Shown here: piece by piece, positions 20,931 to 30,889 of the stretch | How positions within the stretch are numbered: position 1 is the stretch's first letter | How the letters are laid out: each line of letters starts with the position of its first letter | DNA from: Promethearchaeota archaeon | GTDB taxonomy: Archaea > Asgardarchaeota > Lokiarchaeia > Sigyniarchaeales > SOKP01 | Direction of reading: 5' to 3' | Length of the DNA stretch: 64,000 nucleotides | NCBI GenBank assembly: GCA_048939995.1 | Contig: JBHLOY010000005.1 | Coordinates: 91,753-155,752 of the forward strand | Translations under genes and position numbers: made by a program | The notes under the pieces: generated by a model | The model's database searches: none | What the model saw: only the letters and a program-made list of their open reading frames with translations | What the model was told of the DNA's origin: nothing

Positions 20931-21683
20931 TTATTTACTTTTAGGGCGTATATATCCAAAATATGCACCAATAATTCCACAGATTACAAATATCCATCCT
21001 AAATAATAAAAAACAGAGAAAGAGAATTCTTCTCCACCAATTAAAATCATTAATCGGTCGAATAAGAAATTTAAAGGCACTAATATAAAGAATATAGACA
21101 TTAGAGCTAACGCTAAGAATGCATTTTTAAAAATCCTTTCCTCTGTTAATCTATAGGATTGATAAGATCTCCAAAGAAATGGAAAATATATATATGTCAT
21201 AAAAAGAAATACAAAAAAGAATGCAATCACGTCTAGTAAAGTATTACCTCTCTAATGCACTATAAAGGAGTATCCCCCAGTAATAATCCCTAAGATCACT
21301 ACAAGATACTTTTGGACTTTATTATAGCCCTTTCCAAATACATTTACCTTAAGTATATATGATATAAAGATGGCAATAGTTAGAAATAAGAAGCTAATTC
21401 TGAAATCAATAATCCTTAATACAATCCAAGATATTGGGGTTCCAGGATCTGGAGCTAACTCATTATAAATATATTCTTCACCAGAATATAACACTAAGAT
21501 TTTTGAAAGCCATGAGAATATTATTGCAATAACATAATTTAAGAAGATCAAAAAAAGGTAAAGAGTTAATCGGTGTTTTTTTTGGTAATATTTAATTAGT
21601 ATTAGTATCAATAAGAAGGCAGCCACAACAATTATAAATGATTCAAAAACCATTCCTACGAATTGTTTATCGACAAAAATCAT
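20931..21683 (-). CDS. 7-TM membrane protein (250 aa) interrupted by one in-frame TAG at 21252-21254 (pseudogene, recoding or sequence error)
   Basis: Track ORFs 21252..21683 and 20931..21230 share a frame: GTG CAT TAG AGA GGT AAT ACT TTA CTA GAC GTG; 4+3 hydrophobic helices. Confidence 0.7.
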
Positions 21684-21799
21684 AAAAATATGATTAAAAT
21701 AAGGATATTTATATTTTCAGTTTTGAAAAGTTATTTGAAAGATTGATAAAAGTTCATACATTGATAAATTCATAAATATAAACTACTTTTGACAAAATT

Positions 21800-22723
21800 A
21801 TGGATAACTTTAACGATGAATTGGATCTAGCTTCTGACCTCGTAAATGTTGCCACTTTTATTACTGAATGGTTCAGAAAGGAAGGTTTTGAATCCTTTCA
21901 AAAGGATGATGATTCTCCAGTTACTTTAGCTGATTATGCGTCTCAACTTTATATTATTAATAAGTTAAAAGAAAACTTTCCTAAAGATCAAATTATAGCT
22001 GAAGAGAAATTTAATATCTATCTAAATAAAAGCACTCAAGATGTAATTAAAAGATGTTATGAATCATTAGGATTAGATATTATCAGAGATGTTGAAAGTA
22101 TCTTAAATTATAGAGGACCTTCATCCCCACGACAATGGACAATTGATCCTATTGATGGAACCAAAGGTTTTCAGGAGAGACTAACTTATGCTGTAGGGAT
22201 TGGCTTTAAAGTAGAATCGGAATTAAATGTTGCAGTAATCGGAGTTCCAAGTTATAATCAAAAAGGTAGAGCGATTTTTGTAGCGAAAAAGGATCAAGGA
22301 ACTAAAGTCTCATACGGAAATAAAAATTTTCAAACTGTACATGTAAGTAAACAAGATCACATTGAATCTGCTCAAATGTGTCGCTCATTGCATTATGATA
22401 AACCATGGGTTATGGAGTTCGCAAGTTTGGCAAAAATAAAAAGTTTCTTTCAAATAGATAGTATGGCAAAATTTTGCATGATTGCTGATGGTTCTGCTGA
22501 TTTATACATTAAACCTATAGATAAAGAAAGGGCTTATTCATGGGATTTTTTACCTGGAACTTTAATCGTGAAGGAGGCAGGAGGTGCAGTCTCTGATTTA
22601 AATGGTGAAAGTTTAATATTTAAAGATGAAAAATGTCTTACTACCGCCCCTGGACTTATAGTTTCAAATGGAATATTACATGAGGATATATTAAAGTTCA
22701 TTAAAGAAATTTCATTTTATTAA
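21800..22723 (+). CDS. 3'(2'),5'-bisphosphate nucleotidase (HAL2/SAL1-like, inositol monophosphatase family)
   Basis: KDDDSPVTLADYASQ, IAEE, WTIDPIDGTKGF, SWD, EAGG. Confidence 0.85.
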   Translation: MDNFNDELDLASDLVNVATFITEWFRKEGFESFQKDDDSPVTLADYASQLYIINKLKENFPKDQIIAEEKFNIYLNKSTQDVIKRCYESLGLDIIRDVESILNYRGPSSPRQWTIDPIDGTKGFQERLTYAVGIGFKVESELNVAVIGVPSYNQKGRAIFVAKKDQGTKVSYGNKNFQTVHVSKQDHIESAQMCRSLHYDKPWVMEFASLAKIKSFFQIDSMAKFCMIADGSADLYIKPIDKERAYSWDFLPGTLIVKEAGGAVSDLNGESLIFKDEKCLTTAPGLIVSNGILHEDILKFIKEISFY

Positions 22724-22735
22724 AAATTACCAGAA

Positions 22736-23824
22736 TTAAGTATAACTATATAAATCTACTTGTTTACAGTCAATATTTCTAACTAAATTAGACAATTTTA
22801 TTCCAACTAATCTGATCTTTTTATTTTTGGCCATAAATTCATTAAGCAACTCTAAAATAATATTTAAAACCTTTTTTTCATTTTTGATGGGATAAGAGAA
22901 AGATTTTGAGCGAGAAAAAGTCAAAAATCCCTCTAATCGTATTTTTAAGGTTATTGTTCTGTAAAATACATTCTCTTCTTCTAACTTTTTATGAATTTTA
23001 CTATTAATTTCCTCTAATTTGGAAAGGATTAATTTAAAATTGTTTGTATCTTCTAAAAAAGTTCTCTCTTTACTAATAGATTTACGATCTTCATGGAACT
23101 CTTTGACTTCTCTATCATCAAGACCGTGCACAATTTTCCAAATCCAAACTCCATGCTTTCCAAATCTTTTTTTCATTGTTGATAAGGGTACTTTGATAAG
23201 ATCCCCAATAGAATAGATTCCATTCTTATTGTAATAAATCTTTGATTTTTTACCTATTCCTGGAATACGAGTAATCTCCAAATTCTCTAAAAAATGAATG
23301 ATATTAGATGGTTCAACAACAGTAATCCCATTTGGTTTTTTAAAATCTGAAGCAATTTTTGCAGCAGATTTGGTAGGTGCTATCCCAATAGATAAAGTAA
23401 TTCCAACCTTTTCAAAGATCTCTCTCTTTAATTCTTCTGCATATGTTTTGGCTTCAATAAAATCATTGCAGACATTACTAATATCTAGATATGCCTCGTC
23501 AATTCCTACTTGTTGAAAAATGGGAGAGTATTGTTTAATTATCATCATTACTATTTCTGAAACTTCATTATATTTTTTGAAATTTGGATACATAAAATTT
23601 CCATGAGGACACAATTTGTATGCTCTTGAAATCGGCATTGCTGAGTGTAAACCATATTTTCTTGCTTCATAATTGCATGTGCTCACTACACCTCGACCTT
23701 CTCCCCTCTTAGGATCTGCTCCTATAATTACTGGTTTTCCTTTTAAATTTGGATTCTCTCGTTCTTCAACTGCCGCAAAGAAGCAATCTAAATCACAGTG
23801 GAGTATAATTCGAGTCATCTTCAT
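22736..23824 (-). CDS. dinB: Y-family DNA polymerase IV
   Basis: HCDLDCFFAAVE, CNYEARKYG, GIDEAYLD, KIASDFKKPNG. Confidence 0.95.
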   Translation of the reverse strand: MKMTRIILHCDLDCFFAAVEERENPNLKGKPVIIGADPKRGEGRGVVSTCNYEARKYGLHSAMPISRAYKLCPHGNFMYPNFKKYNEVSEIVMMIIKQYSPIFQQVGIDEAYLDISNVCNDFIEAKTYAEELKREIFEKVGITLSIGIAPTKSAAKIASDFKKPNGITVVEPSNIIHFLENLEITRIPGIGKKSKIYYNKNGIYSIGDLIKVPLSTMKKRFGKHGVWIWKIVHGLDDREVKEFHEDRKSISKERTFLEDTNNFKLILSKLEEINSKIHKKLEEENVFYRTITLKIRLEGFLTFSRSKSFSYPIKNEKKVLNIILELLNEFMAKNKKIRLVGIKLSNLVRNIDCKQVDLYSYT

Positions 23825-23964
23825 AAGAAGTGTTATATGATAATTAAATCAAAATCCCATAATTTTCAAAGAATAACTAATAGTTATAAAAAAAAAGACC
23901 TATTGAATTTTTTAAACTTATGATTTTAACAACTCTTTTTAATTAATTTTTAATTTAATACTAT

Positions 23965-24639
23965 ATGTCAAAGGGTAAAGAGTCTTTCTATCGAAATGAA
24001 GTTCTCTGGGGGGCTAAAGCAATATATAAAAAAAATTTAGTAGATTTCGGAGAAGGCAATGTTAGTGTAAGAAATGGAAAAGAGAAGGAGTTATTCATTA
24101 CACCTTCTTTTAATAATTATGAGACATTAGTGGAAGGACAAATTGTACATATGAACTTTGAAGGAACTGCGATAAGTAAAGGAAAATTACCCTCCACAGA
24201 GGTAAAAATGCATATTCTAATCTATCAATCTCGACCTAAGGTTCATGCAATAATACATACGCATTCACCTTATGCAACTATACTCTCAGTAAATCAAATG
24301 GATGTTCCAATTATAATGGAGGAGCAAATTGTATTCTTAGGTGGTTCAATTGACATTTCTCCTTTTGGAGAAGCTCATACAGAAGAAATAGGTCAGAGCG
24401 CTCTTAGAGCTTTAGGAATTAAAAATGCTGCCCTATTAGCTAATCATGGAGTAATAGTTTGTGGAAAATCTATTGAACATGCTGTAAAGTTTGCTGAATT
24501 GGTTGAAAAGTTAGCAAAAGTATACTGGGGCGCTTTACAGGTTGGTAAGCCTAAATTTATTTCTGAAAGCCAAAGCACTAAATTTACCAAGCTATTTGAA
24601 AGCTTATTTGCTAGTTATTCTAGAATAAAAAGTAAATAA
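23965..24639 (+). CDS. Class II aldolase/adducin family protein
   Basis: GNVSVR, PSTE, IHTHS, LANHG. Confidence 0.9.
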   Translation: MSKGKESFYRNEVLWGAKAIYKKNLVDFGEGNVSVRNGKEKELFITPSFNNYETLVEGQIVHMNFEGTAISKGKLPSTEVKMHILIYQSRPKVHAIIHTHSPYATILSVNQMDVPIIMEEQIVFLGGSIDISPFGEAHTEEIGQSALRALGIKNAALLANHGVIVCGKSIEHAVKFAELVEKLAKVYWGALQVGKPKFISESQSTKFTKLFESLFASYSRIKSK

Positions 24640-24658
24640 CGAGTATTAAGGCATCAAG

Positions 24659-25489
24659 ATGGAATTAGGAATAAGTAGTTTAGGGTTTATTATCGAATTA
24701 GGGTTATCAAACCCTTTTCAAGATATTCATGATTTATTATATAAGTCTACGAAAGCATGTTTAGATTTTGCTGAGGAGAGGAGTATAAGTATAGTAGAAT
24801 TAGTAATAGACCCTCCTGAAATACAAAAAGTAGAAAAGAGAGGTCAGTATGTGAATTTGATTAATAATTATTCTATTAAAAAACAAATTCATGGTCCTTT
24901 TATTGATGTAAATCTCTGTTCTCATAATAATTTAATCTCAAAAGCTTCACTCGAAATCTATATGCAAACTGCTAAATTTTGTAAGGAAATTAATGCCAAA
25001 ATTATGACCATTCATCCTGGATTAGCTAATTCTATGCTTAAAACGATACAAGACTACAACAAGAATCAATTAAAGTATTCTATCGAAGAATTATTAGATT
25101 TCACATCAAAATACAACCTCATAATTTGCATAGAAAATATGACCAAGCAAGCAGGAATCATGTTAGATGAAATTAATATAAAAGAAATTTTCTCATATAT
25201 TAATCACAATGATCTCTATTTAACATATGACACAAGTCATTTTTATACAAATAATGGAAATATTGAGTTATTATGGAAGATTTTTAATGCTAAAATTAAA
25301 AATGTTCATTTAGTTGATAATTTTACTAAGGAATCTGACACACATCCTCAATTAGGAATAGGAAAAATCAACTTTAAAGAAATATTCGATGTTATGAAAA
25401 GTTATTATTATGATGGTCCTTTAATTATAGAATTATCTTCTGCAAAAGATTTAGATAGGAGTTTAAATTTTATCAATAAGTTTCTTTAA
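24659..25489 (+). CDS. Sugar phosphate isomerase/epimerase (xylose isomerase-like TIM barrel)
   Basis: HGPF, IHPG, IENM, YDTSH, HLVDN, DTH, IIEL. Confidence 0.8.
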   Translation: MELGISSLGFIIELGLSNPFQDIHDLLYKSTKACLDFAEERSISIVELVIDPPEIQKVEKRGQYVNLINNYSIKKQIHGPFIDVNLCSHNNLISKASLEIYMQTAKFCKEINAKIMTIHPGLANSMLKTIQDYNKNQLKYSIEELLDFTSKYNLIICIENMTKQAGIMLDEINIKEIFSYINHNDLYLTYDTSHFYTNNGNIELLWKIFNAKIKNVHLVDNFTKESDTHPQLGIGKINFKEIFDVMKSYYYDGPLIIELSSAKDLDRSLNFINKFL

Positions 25490-25513
25490 ATCCTTATACG
25501 AGTTGATTTTTAA

Positions 25514-25906
25514 ATGAAAATTATCTCTCTACAAATAAATGATGATTTATTACAACGTTTTGAAGAAGTAAGAATCCAAAGTGGGTTTAATTCAAAAAGT
25601 GAAGCACTTAGAGATGCTATTGTAAAATTTATTGAAGTCAATGAAATTTTTGAAAATATGAAGGGTTATAAAATTATGACCATTAATTTAGTTTATCCCT
25701 TCAAAGATATTATTGCTGATGAAATTTCAGAGATTTATAATCGTTTTCATTCAATTATTAAAGCAATCACAGACTGGAGAATAGCTGATAAAAAAATTGA
25801 AGTTATTCTAACAGTTGGGGACATCCTTAATATAAAAGATTTATACAATAATGTAGCTAAAATTAAAGATGTGATCTGTTCCATTCATGAAGTTATCATA
25901 GATTAG
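25514..25906 (+). CDS. Ribbon-helix-helix regulator with NikR-like C-terminal domain
   Basis: IISLQINDDLL..FNSKSEALRDAI; ACT-like C-terminus. Confidence 0.75.
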   Translation: MKIISLQINDDLLQRFEEVRIQSGFNSKSEALRDAIVKFIEVNEIFENMKGYKIMTINLVYPFKDIIADEISEIYNRFHSIIKAITDWRIADKKIEVILTVGDILNIKDLYNNVAKIKDVICSIHEVIID

Positions 25907-25907
25907 C

Positions 25908-26771
25908 TTAATCTAAGCGTAATGATAAATCTACTTGCTTAAATGGTGCGTATGTTAAATTCCCTATACTAATTATATCTGGTTCTGCTAAAATATAATC
26001 AACAATATTTTCCTTGTTAATACCTCCTGATACTTCAACAATCACTTTATCACGTAAATTATTATTCCTTAGTGCATTTATAGCATCTTCAACTTGATCG
26101 GGAGACATATTATCAAGCATTATGATATCTGCTCCGTTGCGAGCTGCGATTAATACGTCTTCGACGTTTTCTATTTCTATTTCAACTTTTTTGGTAAAAC
26201 TCATATTATTCATTACAGCGCTTAATAATTTCTTAATATCTTTATTGTAGTGCTTTAAATGCGTATCTTTTAGTAATATCATATCATCTAAAGAGAAACG
26301 ATGGGATTCACCTCCTCCTAAAATAACCGCTTTTTTTTCAAATATCCGAAGTCCAGGAATAGTTTTTCTTGTGGCGGCTATTTTTACATTTTTACCAGTT
26401 GAGTTTACAATATTTACATATTCTCTAGTGGTGGTGGTAATAGCAGACATATGTGAAATTAAGTTTAATCCAACACGTTCTGCAATTAAGATATCCCTAG
26501 TATTTCCTCTTAATTCTACTATAATCTCATCTTTTTTAAATTTTTCTCCATCCTTTTTCTTAAAATCGCTTTCTACTTTTAAGATTGTAAAGAGAATAGC
26601 TAACTCTTCTAACCCAGAAATGTAACCGCCGCTTTTGGCAATTATTTTAGCAGATGATTTTGAATCGGATGGTATAAAATGAGATGATATATCGATAAAA
26701 TTACAATCTTCTTCGAGAAATTCTCGTATTTTCCGTTCAATAATTATTTTATTGAAACTCATTTTTTTCAT
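25908..26771 (-). CDS. nadC: Nicotinate-nucleotide pyrophosphorylase (quinolinate phosphoribosyltransferase)
   Basis: ATRKTIPGLR, HRFSLDD, KDTH, IMLDN, EVSGGI. Confidence 0.95.
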   Translation of the reverse strand: MKKMSFNKIIIERKIREFLEEDCNFIDISSHFIPSDSKSSAKIIAKSGGYISGLEELAILFTILKVESDFKKKDGEKFKKDEIIVELRGNTRDILIAERVGLNLISHMSAITTTTREYVNIVNSTGKNVKIAATRKTIPGLRIFEKKAVILGGGESHRFSLDDMILLKDTHLKHYNKDIKKLLSAVMNNMSFTKKVEIEIENVEDVLIAARNGADIIMLDNMSPDQVEDAINALRNNNLRDKVIVEVSGGINKENIVDYILAEPDIISIGNLTYAPFKQVDLSLRLD

Positions 26772-26821
26772 AGGAAATTATTTGTAGTATAATTATTATA
26801 GATTAAACCTTAAATAAAATT

Positions 26822-27460
26822 ATGGTAGAAATAGAAACAATATTTATTCAAAGTAATCAAGTTAAACTTGAAGCTGAATATTTTCAATCGAATAAGAACT
26901 TAAAAAACATTAGTGTATTAATTACTCATCCACATCCTCAATTTGGGGGAGATATGTATAATAATGTAGTAAGTGCAATTTTTAAAGGATTTATTCACAA
27001 AGATATCTCTTGCTTAAGATTTAACTTTCGGGGAGTTGGGCAATCAAAAGGAAGTCACACAGACGGTAAAGGCGAATTAAATGATGTAAAAGCAAGTATC
27101 GATTATCTTCTTAATGAGAGGGGAAATGAAAATTTATTTTTATGTGGATATTCTTACGGAGCAGCAATTGGGTGTTCTTTAATTAATCATTCTGATAAAA
27201 TAATTGCATATGCGGCAGTTTCATTCCCTTGGGATTTCATGGGGGAAAAATATAAAAGCTTGTCTCAATCACCCAAACCAAAACTATTTATCCAAGGAGA
27301 TAATGATAATATCGCCTCTTTTGCTAGATTTGAATTACATTTCAATGATTATCAAAATCCTAAAGAATACAAAATAATTAGTGGAGCTGATCATTTCTAC
27401 TGGGGTTATGAAACTCAAGTTGCTAAAATAGTTTTAGATTTTTTATTCTCATTAATTTAA
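26822..27460 (+). CDS. Alpha/beta-fold hydrolase
   Basis: HPHPQFGG, RFNFRGVG, GYSYG nucleophile elbow, GADHF. Confidence 0.88.
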   Translation: MVEIETIFIQSNQVKLEAEYFQSNKNLKNISVLITHPHPQFGGDMYNNVVSAIFKGFIHKDISCLRFNFRGVGQSKGSHTDGKGELNDVKASIDYLLNERGNENLFLCGYSYGAAIGCSLINHSDKIIAYAAVSFPWDFMGEKYKSLSQSPKPKLFIQGDNDNIASFARFELHFNDYQNPKEYKIISGADHFYWGYETQVAKIVLDFLFSLI

Positions 27461-27501
27461 ATGAATTTAATTAAACCTCAAAATTAATTGAGTTTAAAAT
27501 T

Positions 27502-27900
27502 TTAAATTGATGAGAGCTTTTCAAGGTCATCGCGGCTGTTATCTTCTGCCCAGTCTAAAAGCTGGTCGTAATATTTTTCAATATCTTCAGATTCTGGTAC
27601 TTTTGAAAGAACAGCTAAAAGAAATTGAGTCTTTTGATCTTTCATAATTATATTCCTACAAACAATAAAATCCTCGAGATATTTTATCTTCATACTGGCA
27701 AGTCGTGATAGATCTAATTCTTCTGATGCTTTATAAGCTGAATCACTCAACAATGAACCCATCGCAGCAATCACTCGTTCATCAACATCATCAGCCTTTT
27801 GTGAAGCCAAAACTAACCCAGTTGAAGTAGAAAATAAAGATGCTCGAAAATTGCCGTTATCATTCAATTCTTTCAAGACCATTTCTAATCTACTGACCAT
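27502..27900 (-). CDS. Roadblock/LC7-like protein
   Basis: ASLFSTSTGLVLAS..ERVIAAMGSLL pattern. Confidence 0.7.
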   Translation of the reverse strand: MVSRLEMVLKELNDNGNFRASLFSTSTGLVLASQKADDVDERVIAAMGSLLSDSAYKASEELDLSRLASMKIKYLEDFIVCRNIIMKDQKTQFLLAVLSKVPESEDIEKYYDQLLDWAEDNSRDDLEKLSSI

Positions 27901-27995
27901 GAAATCACGAAATTTTATTTTAAAATTGTTCTCGCGTTTATTAATTTGTATATTAAATATGAAGATTCATTTATTTAATATATACTTATTTTTCT

Positions 27996-28517
27996 TTATA
28001 TATTTAGATTTATTAAAAAAGTAGTTAATATCTCATCCTTATCTATATTTAAAGTAATAACACTAGATCTAGCTACTGGCTTATCAAACCCTCTCTTCTG
28101 AGGAGGGGCTACTGGTTTGGTTGGACTTCCGGGATTAATTAATAATGTATTGTATGGTGTACCTTTAATTAAAGGCTGATGGGTATGTCCAGTAATTAAG
28201 ATATTTAAATTAGTTTCTCCAAAAAAAGCTTCTAAATTATCTGGTTCTTGATGAATTACTCCAATATTATATCGACCTACTGAAAATTTAATAAAATCAG
28301 GTAAATTTTCTATTTTATCTTCATTTCCTCTAACACATTTAGTCGGCGCTATCTTTTCTAACTCTAATAGAAATAAGTTATTACAAACATCTCCAGCATG
28401 GATTATTTCATCTACACCTTTGAATGCTTTTTTCAATTGAACGATTAAGCTTTTGATCGGAATTGGATCTGTATCTGAAACAAAATGAGTGTCAGCAATA
28501 ATCCCAAATTTGACCAT
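27996..28517 (-). CDS. Metallophosphoesterase, YfcE/MJ0936/Vps29 family
   Basis: ADTH, HAGD, RGNED, TGHTH, INPGS. Confidence 0.88.
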   Translation of the reverse strand: MVKFGIIADTHFVSDTDPIPIKSLIVQLKKAFKGVDEIIHAGDVCNNLFLLELEKIAPTKCVRGNEDKIENLPDFIKFSVGRYNIGVIHQEPDNLEAFFGETNLNILITGHTHQPLIKGTPYNTLLINPGSPTKPVAPPQKRGFDKPVARSSVITLNIDKDEILTTFLINLNI

Positions 28518-28532
28518 TTTAATCTTTTGGTT

Positions 28533-29603
28533 CTATATTAATATAATTCCAATGATATAAATTATCAAACCAAAAAGAAAATCAGCAATAATTCTTACAA
28601 TTTTATGGGAAGTATTTTCTTTAATTGTAGTGTCATTTTTAAAGTATGCTCCAAATTCTCTAACACCGATAGATAATCCTTCTTTTATTCGACGAAATTG
28701 CCAAATTAGCAATAATAGACTTATTACTAATAGCGGGCAGTATAGATAAAGTGAAAATGGAAAGAAACTATTTCCTTGTAAATAGTTCCAAATTGTATTA
28801 GCGCTAATAATGTTATTAATTGCATGAGCGAAAAACGCAGGGAATAGCCATCTTTTTCTTATAACTACCATTGCCAAAATAATTCCAACAAAGAAGGTTT
28901 GTAGAAACCAAATAATTGGAAAAATTATTGGAAGATCTATCGTATATGAGGTAAATATATAAGAAAAGTGCCCTAAACCAAAAAAGAAGGAGGACATTAT
29001 TACAGCAGACATATTATTAAGATAATCGCTCCCTCTATTGGCTAGAAATCCACGACTTAATGATTCTTCATATATCGCAACACTGCTTTGAATTATTAAG
29101 ACTGATATAATGAAATAAGAATAACTTTCTAGAAGATATGAGTTAAAAGAGGCTGGAGAATAAACGTCGAGTGCTATGGTTAGGTATTCCAACATGTTTG
29201 GAAAAATCAAATAAGTAAAAAAATCCAGAGGAATAAAGACTAAAAACAGTAAAAGAAGACCATAAAGTAATTGATATTTATAATTCCTTTCTGGAATTCT
29301 TAGTAAATTAATAAAGTTTTTTGAAGGACTAACATCTTCTTTTAATATTAATTTTCTCTTTTGTGATTGTAGAGCAAAATTAGACACAATTAGAAAAATT
29401 GGAATAGCTGCTAAAATAATAAAAGCCCTGAATAGAAAATATAAAGGTTCATAAGCTCTTGAGTTTACATCTACAACTAAATTAGGGACAAATGTGGGTA
29501 TTAACAAAAATAAAAAAATCCCTAGAAAAATTATTAAGATTTCAACAAGGAAATAAAGCCTTTGTCTAAAAATTAGGTTTGTTGAACTCCTTAGTTTTAC
29601 CAT
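28533..29603 (-). CDS. CPBP (Abi/type II CAAX) intramembrane glutamic endopeptidase
   Basis: EESLSRG, FFGLGH, HAINN; multiple TM helices. Confidence 0.85.
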   Translation of the reverse strand: MVKLRSSTNLIFRQRLYFLVEILIIFLGIFLFLLIPTFVPNLVVDVNSRAYEPLYFLFRAFIILAAIPIFLIVSNFALQSQKRKLILKEDVSPSKNFINLLRIPERNYKYQLLYGLLLLFLVFIPLDFFTYLIFPNMLEYLTIALDVYSPASFNSYLLESYSYFIISVLIIQSSVAIYEESLSRGFLANRGSDYLNNMSAVIMSSFFFGLGHFSYIFTSYTIDLPIIFPIIWFLQTFFVGIILAMVVIRKRWLFPAFFAHAINNIISANTIWNYLQGNSFFPFSLYLYCPLLVISLLLLIWQFRRIKEGLSIGVREFGAYFKNDTTIKENTSHKIVRIIADFLFGLIIYIIGIILI

Positions 29604-29707
29604 AAATTATCCTTACATTTGATAATTTGAATATCATAGTATTGATTTAAAAAATTTTAAACTTTACTTTTTCCCTTATCAAAATACCCTTTGAAATAAT
29701 TCTACAG

Positions 29708-30889
29708 TTAATCATAACTAAAAATTCCAAATTCCGATTCGATTTCAACGGCATTTTTATTTTGAACGGGATTTTTCTGACAATAACCAATGATTTTACA
29801 GTCTATATTATAACTTTTAATAATATTAATAATGTCCTTTGAATAAGACTCATTACAATAAATTTCCATTCTATGGCCCATATTAAATGTCTGAAACATT
29901 TCCCTCCATTCTGCTTTAGAAGATTGTTGAATAAGTCTAAAGATTTTTGGAATCTCAAACAAACTATTTTTACAAAACTTGATACCTTTTCCAAAATTTA
30001 ATATTTTTGTTTGACCACCCCCAGTATTATGAATTATGCCATTTATTTTGCTCCTAAACTTTTTTAACACTTCTATAATAACAGGGGCATAGGTTCTTGA
30101 TGGAGAAAGAAGAGCCTTACCAATTGTCATATCTAATTCTTCAACTTTGTCAGTTAAAAGGCTATTTCCAAAAAATATAAACTTTTTATCAATATAAGGA
30201 TCGATACATTCGGGATATTTTTTATAATAATCATGTGAAAGCAGTCCATGCCTAGCTAAAGTCAAACCATTACTACCGATCCCACTGTTATAATCACTCT
30301 CATAAGTTGCCTTTCCATAGCTAGCTAAACCTATTATGACATCGTCACTTTGTATGGTACTTGCATCAATTACTTCAGATTTTTTCATAGTTGTGAATAT
30401 AGATGCATCAACAAGCAAAGTTCTAACAATATCCCCCACATCAGCAGTTTCTCCTCCTGAAGTAATAATTTTTAGTCCCAAACCAGAGAGTTCATTAGAA
30501 TAAGATTCATATTCATCTATAATTGTATTAATTATTTCTCCGGAAATGAAATTCCGATTCCTACTGATATTATTGGATAAAAATATATTACTTGTTGCTC
30601 CAACGCATATAATATCGTCTACATTCATTACTATAGCATCATTGACTATGCCCCTAAATACAGAAAGATCATTTGTTTCTTTATAATACATATAAGCAAG
30701 AACAGATTTTGTACCTGCTCCATCAGAATGGAAAATTGAACAATAATCTTTACGATTATTAATATCTCTTACAATTTTGCAGAAAGCTCCTGGAAATAAT
30801 CCCTTATCAATTGATTTAACCGCTTTATGCACATCCTCCTTTTTGGATGAAACTCCCAAATTAGAATATATATTTTTATTATTATGCAT
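29708..30889 (-). CDS. purM: Phosphoribosylformylglycinamidine cyclo-ligase (AIR synthase), long form
   Basis: DGAGTK, MNVDD, GGETA, GSNG, HNTGGG, FNMG; adjacent to purB. Confidence 0.88.
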   Translation of the reverse strand: MHNNKNIYSNLGVSSKKEDVHKAVKSIDKGLFPGAFCKIVRDINNRKDYCSIFHSDGAGTKSVLAYMYYKETNDLSVFRGIVNDAIVMNVDDIICVGATSNIFLSNNISRNRNFISGEIINTIIDEYESYSNELSGLGLKIITSGGETADVGDIVRTLLVDASIFTTMKKSEVIDASTIQSDDVIIGLASYGKATYESDYNSGIGSNGLTLARHGLLSHDYYKKYPECIDPYIDKKFIFFGNSLLTDKVEELDMTIGKALLSPSRTYAPVIIEVLKKFRSKINGIIHNTGGGQTKILNFGKGIKFCKNSLFEIPKIFRLIQQSSKAEWREMFQTFNMGHRMEIYCNESYSKDIINIIKSYNIDCKIIGYCQKNPVQNKNAVEIESEFGIFSYD

